Assembly (NCBI GenBank): GCA_045863235.1
Contig: BTUM01000045.1
Coordinates: 1 to 64,000 of the forward strand
Reading direction: 5' to 3'
From: Candidatus Xenobia bacterium
Lineage (GTDB): Bacteria > Vulcanimicrobiota > Xenobia > Xenobiales > QWHO01
DNA: 64,000 bases
Part shown: positions 1 through 10,460 of the stretch, one piece after another
Numbering within the stretch: the stretch's first letter is position 1
Layout of the letters: every line of letters begins with the position of its first letter
Made by a program: the position numbers and the translations under genes
Notes under the pieces: generated by a model
The model's database searches: none
Told to the model about the DNA's origin: nothing
What the model saw: the letters and a program-made list of their open reading frames with translations, nothing else

Positions 1-204
1 GTGAGCGTTGCGCCGGGCTGAAGGCCCGGAAGCGTTTGAAGCCAACTCAGCTCTCACCTGAGTTAACGCAGCACGATCACCCTCCAGGCCAGCTCTTCCA
101 GTCGATCGAACTCGCTGTCAAGGCTCTCCCGACTTCCGTGGGAGAGGCTTCCAGGGCTCGACTCAGGACCGGGGGAAGCATCTCGACCATCGCTACCGCT
201 GGAA

Positions 205-265
205 CGCAGTTCCGGCGCGTTCGTCAGATTGTGCTAGCTCGAAACCAAAGTAGCGAGCACATTAG
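205..265 (-). repeat. Partial copy of a MITE/REP-like element (CTAATGTGCTCGC...TGACGAACGCGCCGGAACT)
   Basis: Matches 19803-19860 and 48702-48786; its TAA is the stop codon of 262..3048. Confidence 0.7.
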
Positions 266-3048
266 CGGAGGCACTGAGCCAGCAGCTCAGCCGGGTGCAG
301 GGCTCGCAGGCCAGCCAGGTTCTCGAGCTGCGCCCGGCATGACGCTCCGGCGGCCACGACCACGCCGCCCCGCTCCGCCTCCTGGCGAACGGCTGGAAGC
401 AAACGGCGCTCGGCCAGGGCCACGCTGAGATCGTAGTGCTCTCGCTCGTAGCCGAACGAGCCAGCCATGCCGCAGCAACCCGAATCCACCTCGCTCACCG
501 GGCAACCGGGCAACTGGCCCAACAGCTTGAGGGCCGGGCCGGTGCCCACCAGCGCTTTCTGGTGGCAGTGGCCGTGCAGCAGCACGCTGCGGGGCGCGCG
601 GCGCAAAGGGAGCTCATGCTCGGATACGAACTCCTCGAACGTCTGGGAGGGGACCTCGGGGATGCCCAGGGCCGGGAACTCGTCTCGCAGCGTGAGGATG
701 CAAGAGGGCTCCAGGCCCACGATGGGGGGAAGGCCCTTGAGCTGGCGGGCGGCTTTGGAGGCCAGGTAGCGGGCCCGGCGCACCAGTCCTTTGGAGATGG
801 CCGCCCGTCCGCAGCACACCCGGGGGGCCAGCACCACCTCATAGCCCAGCGCCTCCAGCACCTCCACGGCCGCCCGGTTGACCGACTCGGGGCTGAAACA
901 GTCCAACATCAGGGTGACCTGGCGCGAGCGAGCGGGCGAGCGATGGCGGAAGGGCCGGGAGAACCGCAGAGGGGCACGGCGCGTCTCCACTCCCAGCAGG
1001 CCGGCCAGCGGCCAGAGGGCCCGCGAGGCAAAGTTGGAGACGGGCCAGAGAGCCGTGCCCAGCCGGTGCAACAGGTCGGCGTGGCCGAACAGCCAGGTGC
1101 GCGGGGATACGGGATGGCGCTGGTGCCAGCGACCCAGGAACTCGGTCTTGAGGCGCGCCATATCCACGCTGGAGGGGCACTCGGCCCGGCAGGCCTTGCA
1201 CTCGAGGCACAGGTCCAGGGCTCGATGTAACTCAGGCGAGGTCGGGTGGAGCTCGCCCACCAGGGCCGAGCGCAGCAGGTTGGCCCGTCCCCGGGTGGAG
1301 TGCAGCTCGTCCCTGGTGACCATGTAGGAGGGGCACATCGTGCCGTGATCGAGCTTGCGGCACACTCCGGCCCCGTTGCACCGCTCCACCGCCCGGGCAT
1401 AGCCCTCGGGCCAGTTCAGCACGGGCAGGTCCACGCGACCCGGGGTCTTGCGCAGGTGCTCGGTCAGCTCGCCCACCCCCACGATCTTGCCCGGATTCAT
1501 CAGGCCCCGAGGATCGAAGGCCTGCTTGACCTGACCGAAAAGCGAGTCGATCTCCTCTCCAAACATCTCGCGCATGCGGCCTCCGCGCGACAGGCCGTCG
1601 CCGTGCTCGCCCGAGAACGAGCCGTGGAATTTGCGCACCAGGGCGGCGGTGGCCGCGCTGATGGCGCGCATGCGCTCCAGGTCGCCCGGATCCTGCAGAT
1701 CGAGCAAGGGTCGGATGTGCAGGCAACCCACGCTGGCGTGGGCATAGTAGGCGGCCGTCGTGCCGTGCTCTCGCATCAGCTCCTGCATGGAGCGCACGAA
1801 GCTCAGCAGCGACTCGGGCGGCACGGCGCAGTCCTCCACGAAGGCCACCGGCTTTCGACGCCCCTGCATGCCCATCAGAAGGGGCAGACCGGCCTTGCGG
1901 ATGCGCCAGACGGACTCCTGACCGGCCTGGTCGTAGAAAGCCCGGGAGGCCTTCTTGAGACGGGCGGCGGCGCGCTCGACCCGAGCCGGCAGCTCGGCCG
2001 GCTCACCCTCGAACTCCAGCACCAGCATGGCCTCCGGGTCGCCCTGGATGAAGTGGGCGTGGCGAGCCGTCTCGAGCTGCTGGCGAGCCAGGCGCAGGAG
2101 CATCTGGTCGAGCAGCTCGATAGCCGAGGGCTCCTCCTGGAGCAACACCAGGTTGGCCTCCAGCGCCTCCTCCAGCGAGTCGAACTGGAACACCAGCAGA
2201 GCCCGGGCCGATGGCAGGGGCACCAGGTTGAGGCGCAGCCGGCTGGCCAGGCCCAGCGTGCCCTCCGCACCCACCACCAGGGGGGCCAGCGAGAAACCAG
2301 CCGGACGGCGGGCCAGCGGGGCGGTCTTGCCTTCCCAGGCGGGCAGGTCTTCACCGATGGCCCGGAGGCCCACCAGCATGGCTTCCAGGTTGTAGCCCGA
2401 AACACGCCGCAGCAGGCGGGGGAAGCCGTCTGCGATCGCGCGGGCGTGCTCGCGGACCAGGACGGCGATCTGCTGGTGGAGGGGCTCGTCCGGCACGCAA
2501 GAGTGCTCCTCCAGCTCGCGCTCGGCGCCGTCGGCGGTCAGAAGCGTCAGGCCCAGCACGTGGTCGACGGTCTTGCCGTAGCGCAGCGAGCGGGCTCCCG
2601 AGGAGTTGTTGCCGACCAGCCCACCCAGCCCGGCGTGGTCGGCCGTCTGGGGATCGATGGGGAAGTGCAGACCGTGGGGGGACAAAAAGCGGTTCAGCTG
2701 GCCCAGCACCAGACCGGGCTCGACTTCGATCTGTCTGGCCTGGGGCTCAAAGGCGAGCACGCGGTGGAGGTACTTGGAGCAGTCCACCATCAGGGCCTGG
2801 CCTACCGTCTGGCCGGCCAGGCTGGTGCCGCCGGCCCGGGGCAGGAGCGGCACTCCCCGCTCTCCGGCGATGCGCACCAGGGTTCTCAAGTCGTCCTGGT
2901 CGCGGGGCAGCACCACCCCGAGCGGCTCGATCTCGTACAGGCTGGCATCGGTAGCGTAGAGACGACGGTGGATCCGGTCGAAGCGCACCTCGCCTCGCAG
3001 CCGATGACGCAACTCGCGCTCGAGGTCGATCACCTGGGCAGGTCCCAC
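262..3048 (-). CDS. FAD-binding/Fe-S oxidoreductase (GlcD-GlcF fusion, YdiJ-like 2-hydroxyacid dehydrogenase)
   Basis: AGGTSLAGQ FAD motif, HASVGCLHIRP, SGEHGDG, CNGAGVC, CLECKACRAECP, CCG motifs. Confidence 0.9.
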   Translation of the reverse strand: MGPAQVIDLERELRHRLRGEVRFDRIHRRLYATDASLYEIEPLGVVLPRDQDDLRTLVRIAGERGVPLLPRAGGTSLAGQTVGQALMVDCSKYLHRVLAFEPQARQIEVEPGLVLGQLNRFLSPHGLHFPIDPQTADHAGLGGLVGNNSSGARSLRYGKTVDHVLGLTLLTADGAERELEEHSCVPDEPLHQQIAVLVREHARAIADGFPRLLRRVSGYNLEAMLVGLRAIGEDLPAWEGKTAPLARRPAGFSLAPLVVGAEGTLGLASRLRLNLVPLPSARALLVFQFDSLEEALEANLVLLQEEPSAIELLDQMLLRLARQQLETARHAHFIQGDPEAMLVLEFEGEPAELPARVERAAARLKKASRAFYDQAGQESVWRIRKAGLPLLMGMQGRRKPVAFVEDCAVPPESLLSFVRSMQELMREHGTTAAYYAHASVGCLHIRPLLDLQDPGDLERMRAISAATAALVRKFHGSFSGEHGDGLSRGGRMREMFGEEIDSLFGQVKQAFDPRGLMNPGKIVGVGELTEHLRKTPGRVDLPVLNWPEGYARAVERCNGAGVCRKLDHGTMCPSYMVTRDELHSTRGRANLLRSALVGELHPTSPELHRALDLCLECKACRAECPSSVDMARLKTEFLGRWHQRHPVSPRTWLFGHADLLHRLGTALWPVSNFASRALWPLAGLLGVETRRAPLRFSRPFRHRSPARSRQVTLMLDCFSPESVNRAAVEVLEALGYEVVLAPRVCCGRAAISKGLVRRARYLASKAARQLKGLPPIVGLEPSCILTLRDEFPALGIPEVPSQTFEEFVSEHELPLRRAPRSVLLHGHCHQKALVGTGPALKLLGQLPGCPVSEVDSGCCGMAGSFGYEREHYDLSVALAERRLLPAVRQEAERGGVVVAAGASCRAQLENLAGLRALHPAELLAQCLR

Positions 3049-3145
3049 ATCACCTCAAGAAGGTGCGTCCTTCGACCTGCCAGTCCTTCTGGAAGGCGGT
3101 GCCACATTTTGGGCTCCTTTCAGGGCTTGCGCCTAGAGTCGTCAG

Positions 3146-6100
3146 GTGCAGATCCGTCCCGCAGGTACTCCAGTCCGATGGCCGGTGGCTGCGGCCAGCA
3201 TCGACAGCGCGGCCAGCCTGGCTCCCCCGCTGGCGCTGGCCCAGCAGCTGGCCGAGCGCGGGGCCAACTTCGAGGTGCTGGGGCGCAACTGGCTGTTTCA
3301 GAAGAGCTGGAAGTCGGCCGGACCCGAGAAGGTCGCCCAGGAGCTGCAAAAAGACGAGCCCCAGGTGCGCGTGCGGGTGGCGGGCGAGGAGTGGATCCCG
3401 CTCGAGAGCGCCGAGCGTCTGGGCCAGTTCCACGCTTTCCACGCCGGCGCGCTGGCTCAGCTGGGCGACAGCGCGCTGGGGCAGGCGCTGGCTGCCACCC
3501 ACGCGCCGGGGGCGGCTTATCTGGCTTATCTGGCCTTGAGCCAGGGGCCCGCGCCGGAGCGGGAAGGCGCGCTCTTTACGGCGTTCGAGCAGGGCAAGCT
3601 GGAGGCCGGCAAGCTGGCCCGTCCCGAACTGGCCGAGAGCCTGAAAGAGCTTGCCGAGCAGGGCTACAGCCTGTCCAGCGGGACGCCCCTGGCCACCTAT
3701 CTCTCGGTCGAGAAGCTGGCCCCCGAGGCCCCGGTGGAGATCTCCCGCCAGGGTCTGCGACTGACCAGCCTGCCGGTCGGCCAGCTCAAAAGCCCTCCTT
3801 GGAACGAGCTGGAGCAGCTCAAAGCAGAGGCCGAGCGGCTGCGCAAGCTGGCGGGGGAACAGACCAGGCAGGCCTGGGAGCTGGTGCGCCAGGATGGAAG
3901 CTCGCGCCCCCTGTCCGAGCGCGTGGAGCTGGCCGGCCAGTTGCTGGGGCCGGAGCTGGGCACGCTCTACCCGGCGGTGCTGCGCAACACGCCGCCCGAG
4001 CATCCCCTGCAGCCCACGCTGAAGGAGCTGCAGGGCCTGACCCGCTGGCTGGCTCCTGGGCAGGCGGTGGAGGCCCTGGAGCTGGGGCGAAAGCAGGGCT
4101 ACGACCAGGAGCACTGGCGCCAGGCGGTGGCCGACACCCGCGATCTGGACCTGGCCCGGCGGGCCCTGGCGGCGGTGGAGGGCAAGGACTATGCCGCGCG
4201 CCAGGCGGCATTCCAGCAGCTGGCGGGGATATCGGCCGCCTGGGCGGTGGAGGCGGCTGAGGAGCTGGGGGCGGAGCTGGGAGCCCGGGGGCCGGAGCTC
4301 GCCAGGCTGGCCCGTGAGGGGGAGCCGGCTCTGGAAGCCTGGCGCTTCTGCAAGGCCCAGAAGCTGGCCTTCGAGCCCGAGCGCCTGCAATCATCGCGCG
4401 AGCTTCTGCAGCGGGCGGGGTTGGATCCCTCGGGATGGACCGGGCTCTATGCCTCCATGCCTTCCGGGCCGCAGGGCCAGGACCTGATGGCGCTGGCGAG
4501 TGCGCTCGAGCCCTTCAAGCCAACGCTCGAAGCTCTGAAGACGATCGTGACGCTGGAAGCGGAGGGCTATCCCGAGGTGGAAGCCCTGGCGGCCAGGTTC
4601 CAGAACGCCGACCAGGCGGTGACCGCCTGGAGCGAGCTGCTTTCGCGCGACCGGGCCCGACCCGACTACGCCGAGCGCCGTCAGACGCTGGAACAGCTGT
4701 CCGAGCAGAAGGAGTGGGCCAAGGCCCGAGCCGCCTACGCCGAGCTGGCCTCGCCCGGGGACACCTCGGCCTGGACCGAGCGATTGCAGCGCTGGCAGCT
4801 GGCCGAGGAGACCTGGCCGGCCGAGCCGGTGGGCGGCTATCGCTCGCTGCGCGAGGCCAACCTGGATGAGGCCCAGATGCAGGCCTTCAAGCAGTTGTCG
4901 GCTCAGCTGGCTCTCCAGAAGAAGGGCGACTGGGAGCTCTCGGGCGAGCGCTGGGTGAACAAGCTTTACATCGGGGCGACTCCCGAGAACAGCCTTCAGC
5001 TTCCGGCCCTGTCGCTGGCCCACCTGACCGGATGCCGGGTCTCGTTCACGCGGCAGCACGACCTGCGCACAGAGAAAAATCGTGCCATCCTGGAGGCCAG
5101 CACGGACGGCAAGAGCTGGACCGAGCTGACCAGCTTCGCGGGACCGCGGGGTGGGCCCACGCAAGAGAGCGTGGACCTGTCGGCCTATGACGGCAAGGAG
5201 CTGCACCTTCGCTTCGCGGTCAAGCCGGAGCACTGGGACCAGAACGGACCGGGCGAGGCGCTGGCCATCTCGAACCTGAGGATCACCGGCCAGAGCCTGG
5301 GCGAGACGGTGGAAGTGGCCACTCAGCAAGAGCTGGCCAGCCCCACGCAGCTGCTGCGCGAGCCGTCCCGGCTGCCCGCGCTGGCTCGCCTGGCCAGCCA
5401 GGTGGGAGGGACTCGAGCCGCGCTGCAGCTGGGAGCAGTGGCTCCAGAGAAGGATTGGGGCGCCCTGGGCGAGCTGGCCTCGCGGACCGGGGTCAGCGCC
5501 GCGGAGCAGCTCTGGCCGCGCCTGGAAGGGCCGCAGCAGGCCCGGGAACTGGCCCTGGTGGCCCACCTGTCGGCCCCCCAGACGCCCCTGGAGACCCTGA
5601 TCAAGCGCACCCGACAGCTCTCCTCGCTGAAGCTGTCCCCGGCCGGACTCCAGGCTCTGGGGCAGCTGGCCTCCGAGCAGCCCGAATGGAAGACCGTGGG
5701 AGCCTGGGACGCAAGCGATCAAGGCTGGACCAACCGGCTCTACATCGGGGCTTCCACTCAAAACGAGCTGCTCAGCCCCCCGCTCTCGCTGGCCCAGCTG
5801 CGCTCCCCGCAGCTGAAGCTCGAGGAGCGCCACGACCTGCGAATGGACGGCAACCTGGCCGTGATCGAGGTGGCCGAGGAGGGCCCGACTCCCCAATGGA
5901 CCAGCCTGCTCGAGCTGAAGGGCGCCTCGTCGCAGCACCAGGGCGTGCAGGTCGACCTGTCGCGCTATGCGGGCAAGACGGTGCGGCTTCGCTTTGCGGT
6001 CAAGCCGAAGGCCTGGAACGAGGACGGGCCCGGGGAGGCGCTCTCGATCCGCAACCTGGAGCTCTCGGGCGAGACGGCCTGGGGGCGGGTGAGCACCCCC

Positions 6101-8089
6101 CTGGGCAACGCCGGCGAGCTGTGGGACCAGGCCCTGGCAGGCCTGTCCAACCTGCCCGAGGAGAAGCGCGACGAGGCGCTGCAGGCCCTGGGCCAGCTGA
6201 GCGCCGGCCCGGGCAATTCCCGCCAGGCCCTGGAGCTGTGGCCGCTCTTGCTGGGTCGGCCGGAGCGATTCTCCGAGCGAGCGGAAGCTCTGAGCGAGCT
6301 GGCGGGCCGGATGGGAGCGGCGGCCGCTGCCAGCGCCTGGCCACTGCTCGATGAGGGGAGCGGAGCCGAGCTCAGCCGGGTGCGCTGGCTGGACATCGCC
6401 GCCCGCACCGCTCCCCCCGGGGCCAGCCTGGCCGACCTGGAGCCGGTCTACCGCAACCTGTGCCAGAACCCCCTGGACGAGCGGGCCACCGCCGCCCTGG
6501 ACAGCCTGCTGGCCAACCGTCCCGCCTGGAGCCATGAGGGGGTCTGGGAGACCCGCCAGGATGAGCAGCGCGGCAAGGTGTGGAGCAACCGGCTGTTCAT
6601 CGGAGCCTCTCCCCAGAACTGGCTGACCTCGCCGCCCATCCGGCTGACCGACATGGAGTCCGCCCGACTGCTCTTCTCCGCCAAACACGATCTGCGCGTG
6701 GTCAAAAACACGGCCGACATGGAGATCTCCTCGGACTCGGGCAAGACCTGGACCTCGTTGACCCGGTTCGAGGGCGCCGAGCCCACCGAATGGGCCGACC
6801 AGGAGGTGGACCTGGCGGCTTACCTGGGGCAGACCGTCCAGCTGCGCCTGAAGGTATCCCCCCAGCATTGGGACGAGCGTGGCCCCGGCAACGCCTTCGA
6901 GCTGGCCGGGCTGAAGGTGGTGGGCCGGAGCCAGGCATCGGCCCCCCAGCAAACGGTGTTCGAAGAGACCCGGGACGCGAGCCTGGTGGCCCGGGCGCTG
7001 GAGGCGGCCGGGGGCAGCTCGGATTCGATGGTGGCCCTGGGCGAGCTGGGAACGAAGCTCGGTGACAGCGTCCAGGCCCTGAAGCTGTGGCCCGACCTGG
7101 CCCCCGAGCTGGGACGGCCGGACTTCGCGCAGCGCCAGGAGGCGCTGATCGCGCTGGCCGGAAGCTGCGGGGTGGAGCAGGCTGCCGCGGCCTGGCCTCT
7201 GGTCTCCTCCCAGGGTCCGGCCGACATGGCCCATCGAAGCCGCCTGTTCACGCTGGCCAGCCGGCTTGCCGAGACCTGCGGCCTGAAGGCGGCGGACCTC
7301 TACCTGCAGATGGCCCGGATCGATCTGGAAGCCCTGGAGGCAGCCGAGAAGCTGGCCCGGAGCCAGCCGGAATGGACGGCGGTGGGCAGCTGGAGCCGCC
7401 AGGGGTCAGCCTGGATCGACCGCCTCTTCATCGGGGCTCCCCTGGAGCAGCACCTGACCACGCCGCCCCTGCCCCTGGCCGGCCTGCGAGACGTGCGGGT
7501 CGAGTTCTCGGAGAAGCACGACCTGCGGGTGGACAAGAATCTGGCCGAGCTGGAGATCAGCGTGGATGGACAGAGCTACACCAGCCTGGAGCAGTTCCCT
7601 GGCCTGAGCGCGGACTGGAACCCGCGGTCGGTGGACCTGTCCGCCTTCAGCGGGCGCACCGTGCAACTGCGCTTTGCGGTGAAACCGCAGCAATGGACCA
7701 ACGACGGGCCCGGGGAGGCGTTGGGCATTCGGGACCTTCGTCTCAAGGCCGTGCGCGAGGGGAGCGAGGTGTCGCTGGACCTCGAGAGCCTGCAGCGTTC
7801 GGCGGTGGAGATGCTGGCGGCGGCCTCGAGCGAGGGCCTGACGATCCTGGGTCAGCTGGGCCCGGATCAGGCCTGGCGGGTGCTGGGCAGCCTGGGGCAA
7901 GCCCGGGCGCTGGGCCTGCTGGAAGGCCGCGATCTGAGCCACTGCCTGACCCGGGTGCTGCAGTCGATGATCGTGGGCGAGAGCCTGGACCGGGCCCTGG
8001 AAGGGCTGCTGGAGGGCGACGGCCAGTCGCTGGCCGAGCACGAGGATGCGGTGATCGTGGGCGGGGTGCGAGTTGGAAAGCGGCGATAG
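3146..8089 (+). CDS. 1647-aa protein with four repeated beta-sandwich (jelly-roll-like) domains separated by helical linkers
   Basis: Four copies of L(Y/F)IGA..HDLR..N.A..E..VDLS.Y.G..LRF.VKP..W..GPG; ends VIVGGVRVGKRR; no Sec signal. Confidence 0.8.
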   Translation: MQIRPAGTPVRWPVAAASIDSAASLAPPLALAQQLAERGANFEVLGRNWLFQKSWKSAGPEKVAQELQKDEPQVRVRVAGEEWIPLESAERLGQFHAFHAGALAQLGDSALGQALAATHAPGAAYLAYLALSQGPAPEREGALFTAFEQGKLEAGKLARPELAESLKELAEQGYSLSSGTPLATYLSVEKLAPEAPVEISRQGLRLTSLPVGQLKSPPWNELEQLKAEAERLRKLAGEQTRQAWELVRQDGSSRPLSERVELAGQLLGPELGTLYPAVLRNTPPEHPLQPTLKELQGLTRWLAPGQAVEALELGRKQGYDQEHWRQAVADTRDLDLARRALAAVEGKDYAARQAAFQQLAGISAAWAVEAAEELGAELGARGPELARLAREGEPALEAWRFCKAQKLAFEPERLQSSRELLQRAGLDPSGWTGLYASMPSGPQGQDLMALASALEPFKPTLEALKTIVTLEAEGYPEVEALAARFQNADQAVTAWSELLSRDRARPDYAERRQTLEQLSEQKEWAKARAAYAELASPGDTSAWTERLQRWQLAEETWPAEPVGGYRSLREANLDEAQMQAFKQLSAQLALQKKGDWELSGERWVNKLYIGATPENSLQLPALSLAHLTGCRVSFTRQHDLRTEKNRAILEASTDGKSWTELTSFAGPRGGPTQESVDLSAYDGKELHLRFAVKPEHWDQNGPGEALAISNLRITGQSLGETVEVATQQELASPTQLLREPSRLPALARLASQVGGTRAALQLGAVAPEKDWGALGELASRTGVSAAEQLWPRLEGPQQARELALVAHLSAPQTPLETLIKRTRQLSSLKLSPAGLQALGQLASEQPEWKTVGAWDASDQGWTNRLYIGASTQNELLSPPLSLAQLRSPQLKLEERHDLRMDGNLAVIEVAEEGPTPQWTSLLELKGASSQHQGVQVDLSRYAGKTVRLRFAVKPKAWNEDGPGEALSIRNLELSGETAWGRVSTPLGNAGELWDQALAGLSNLPEEKRDEALQALGQLSAGPGNSRQALELWPLLLGRPERFSERAEALSELAGRMGAAAAASAWPLLDEGSGAELSRVRWLDIAARTAPPGASLADLEPVYRNLCQNPLDERATAALDSLLANRPAWSHEGVWETRQDEQRGKVWSNRLFIGASPQNWLTSPPIRLTDMESARLLFSAKHDLRVVKNTADMEISSDSGKTWTSLTRFEGAEPTEWADQEVDLAAYLGQTVQLRLKVSPQHWDERGPGNAFELAGLKVVGRSQASAPQQTVFEETRDASLVARALEAAGGSSDSMVALGELGTKLGDSVQALKLWPDLAPELGRPDFAQRQEALIALAGSCGVEQAAAAWPLVSSQGPADMAHRSRLFTLASRLAETCGLKAADLYLQMARIDLEALEAAEKLARSQPEWTAVGSWSRQGSAWIDRLFIGAPLEQHLTTPPLPLAGLRDVRVEFSEKHDLRVDKNLAELEISVDGQSYTSLEQFPGLSADWNPRSVDLSAFSGRTVQLRFAVKPQQWTNDGPGEALGIRDLRLKAVREGSEVSLDLESLQRSAVEMLAAASSEGLTILGQLGPDQAWRVLGSLGQARALGLLEGRDLSHCLTRVLQSMIVGESLDRALEGLLEGDGQSLAEHEDAVIVGGVRVGKRR

Positions 8090-8144
8090 CGTCCGAGGTC
8101 AGGTCCTAGGGCTGCGCCCGGGTCATCATAGGAACGGCGTTGCG

Positions 8145-9032
8145 TTAGTCCTTTTTCCGCTTGTAGAGGGCTGAAAGGATGTCCGAGGGCTTGATGGCCT
8201 GCTCCTCGCGGTTGAGCCACTCCTGCAGCAGCTTGAGATGCTCTCCCAGAGCGCGCACGTCCGAAAAGCGCTTGCGTGGCTCGGGGTCGAGACAGATGGC
8301 CAGCAGCTCTTCCATCCTCTGGCTGACATCCTCGCGCAGGCTGCGCACAGGGGGAACCTGGAAGCGGAACTTCTCCATGGCCGAGCGGGTCAAGCACCAG
8401 TAGAGGGTGGCTCCCAGCGCGTAGATGTCGCCCCGGGGGTCGGCCGCTCCCCCTTTGTACTGCTCGGGGGGAGAGAAGCCCGGGGTGACCATGGAGAAGC
8501 TGCGCTTCTGCTGGGTGGGAACATAGTGCCGGGCCAGCCCGAAGTCGATGACGGCCAGACTGCCATCATACTTGACAATGGCGTTGGAAGGCTTGAGGTC
8601 GCCCAGAGTGATGGGGAAGGGCTTCTGCTCGTGGAGGTAGGTGAGCACGTTGCACAGGTCCACGCCCCAGCGCACCACCTGAGCTTCGGCCACCTCCTCC
8701 CCGGTCAGCACGGTCTCCTCGAGCGTCTTGCCGGGCAGCCACTCCAGGGCCAGATAGTAGCAAGGGCCCTCGGCGAAGAACTCGACCACCCGGGGCAGGC
8801 CCCGGTGCTTGAGAGTCATCAGGAAGGCGGCTTCCTGGAGGAAGCTGGTGTTGAGAGCGCGGTACTCGTCGGGGGTAAAGGTATCGGTTCGTATCTGCTT
8901 GAGGGCCACCAGGTTGCCCTTCCACTGCAGGTCGCGGGCCAGGTAAACGCAGGCGAAGCTACCCTTCCCCAGCGAGGAAAGAACCTTGTAGCGGTCTTTC
9001 AAGACCATTCCGTTGACCAGGTCGCGCCCCAT
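8145..9032 (-). CDS. Hanks-type Ser/Thr protein kinase
   Basis: GKGSFACV, VALK, GDLKPSN, DFG, GFSPPEQY, DIYALG. Confidence 0.92.
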   Translation of the reverse strand: MGRDLVNGMVLKDRYKVLSSLGKGSFACVYLARDLQWKGNLVALKQIRTDTFTPDEYRALNTSFLQEAAFLMTLKHRGLPRVVEFFAEGPCYYLALEWLPGKTLEETVLTGEEVAEAQVVRWGVDLCNVLTYLHEQKPFPITLGDLKPSNAIVKYDGSLAVIDFGLARHYVPTQQKRSFSMVTPGFSPPEQYKGGAADPRGDIYALGATLYWCLTRSAMEKFRFQVPPVRSLREDVSQRMEELLAICLDPEPRKRFSDVRALGEHLKLLQEWLNREEQAIKPSDILSALYKRKKD

Positions 9033-9056
9033 CAGCGCAACCTTCTAAGGGCCAGA

Positions 9057-9440
9057 TCAGTCTTCCTGGGGGAAGCAGGCGCTGGCCATCGCTCCGAAGG
9101 CCGCCACGGGAATGGTCAGCAGGTAGCCCAGCATGCTGACGGGGTCGGTGCTGCCCCCGCAGAGCACGATCGAAGCGAGCAACGAGAGGCAACCCACCGC
9201 CATCCCGTGGCGCACCAGGTCGCGCCTGGCCAGGCGGGCGGCCACGAAGCCACCGACGCCGGTCAGAGCCAGGCCGCAGATCAGGCAGAACAGGTCGAGC
9301 AGCATCGGGTGCTGGATGCGCTCGGCCAGACACACCGAGGAGCTGCCCGGATCGTAGAGCACGATGAGGAGGGCCAGGACGAAGAGGTGGGTGGCGCCGA
9401 TGTCGGCCAGAAATCCGATGGTGACAGCTCGGTAGTTCAT
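9057..9440 (-). CDS. Small integral membrane protein
   Basis: About four hydrophobic segments; co-oriented 24 bp upstream of the kinase. Confidence 0.65.
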   Translation of the reverse strand: MNYRAVTIGFLADIGATHLFVLALLIVLYDPGSSSVCLAERIQHPMLLDLFCLICGLALTGVGGFVAARLARRDLVRHGMAVGCLSLLASIVLCGGSTDPVSMLGYLLTIPVAAFGAMASACFPQED

Positions 9441-9478
9441 ACGGGAGTAATTGGCGGCCGGAGCCGCTCCTCCTTCGC

Positions 9479-9688
9479 TCAGACTCGGGGAAATCGGCCG
9501 AAGTGAGGCAGCACTTCCTGGCTGACCTGGGACCAGGCCTGGCGCAGGTCCTGGTTGGCCGCGCTGGTCTCGGAGGCCAGCGTCACTCCCCCGCCGTGAA
9601 CCAAGGAGGACTGCTCCAGGGCCACCCTCGCTTGCCAGTCGCCGAAGGTCATGTTGGTGTTCACGGGGCCGAAGGAGTGGATCTGCAT
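9479..9688 (-). CDS. Small hypothetical protein starting MQIHSFG
   Basis: 69-aa ORF in otherwise empty space, AT-richer upstream region, MQI start shared with 3146 and 30285. Confidence 0.5.
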   Translation of the reverse strand: MQIHSFGPVNTNMTFGDWQARVALEQSSLVHGGGVTLASETSAANQDLRQAWSQVSQEVLPHFGRFPRV

Positions 9689-10021
9689 CGTCTGTCAGTT
9701 ATAAACCTGGAGGATAAACTGAGAGTGAATTCCGGGCCCAGGCTTGTTACAATTTTGTAAAAGCGCACGCCCAACGCAGACCGCGGACTGATGCACCAGC
9801 GAGTCCCTCACCGACCCGAGAGAGGCCCTCCAATCCGGCAATGATGAGGTCGGATGGCTGCCCCGTGTGAAATGGACGCCAGACAGGCCCCGTCTCCAGG
9901 GCTCCGGACAACGTGCTGGACCGGCCATCTGGTTCGGGATCGACCTGGAGCAGTTCGGTACTCTGCCGGCTGCCCTATCGGGCGGCCGAAAACCAGGCTT
10001 CGACCGTGACGTCCCGTCTCC

Positions 10022-10456
10022 TCAAGGTCGCTCGATCAGGCCCTGGTAGCTGTCGTACCGAGGGAACTCGGCCGGGGTGTTGGCTTGGGAATGATTCATC
10101 CCACCGCAGCGGACCGTAAAGGCCTCGGGCTGCTCGGCCCTCTGGTAGGTCGGCGAATAGGTATCCTTCTGAGCCGCAGGGCAATTGGGCAGGATCTTGA
10201 GGTAGTTGGGCGTGAGAGCTCCGAGGGAATGAGGATACGGCGAGAGCTTGTCCATGCCGCGCGGGCCGCCCAGCACAACGTTGTCGGTGGAATACATTTC
10301 CAGCGCGGTGGCCAGATTCTTCAAATTGGACTTGCAGGCGGTCAACTGACCCTGCGCTTTAGCTTTGACGAATCAAGGCACGAAGATGGCCGCCAGGATC
10401 GCCATGATGAAGACAACGATCATGAGCTCGACGATCGTAAACCCACGTCTCGACAT
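10022..10456 (-). pseudogene. Type IV pilin/GspG-like prepilin interrupted by an in-frame TGA at codon 28
   Basis: SD AAGGAGGT; MSRRG/FTIVELMIVVFIMAILAAIFVP*FVKAKAQGQLTACKSNLKNLATALEMY; TGA at 10373-10375 is in frame with 10022..10345. Confidence 0.8.
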
Positions 10457-10460
10457 GCGC

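Noticed and set aside
1246..7234. Long ORFs 1246..4260, 3050..4390 and 4391..7234 (and similar ones such as 37930..40560, 43317..46694, 61131..62573)
   Set aside because: Antisense or alternate-frame shadows of motif-bearing genes, expected at high GC.
9746..9760. TTACAA-N2-TTGTAA palindrome upstream of 9479..9688
   Set aside because: Plausible operator, but a single instance with no assignable regulator.
10373..10375. Selenocysteine or genome-wide TGA reassignment in the pilin
   Set aside because: Not a redox-Cys context, and many genes here end in TGA with coupled overlaps, so TGA is a normal stop.
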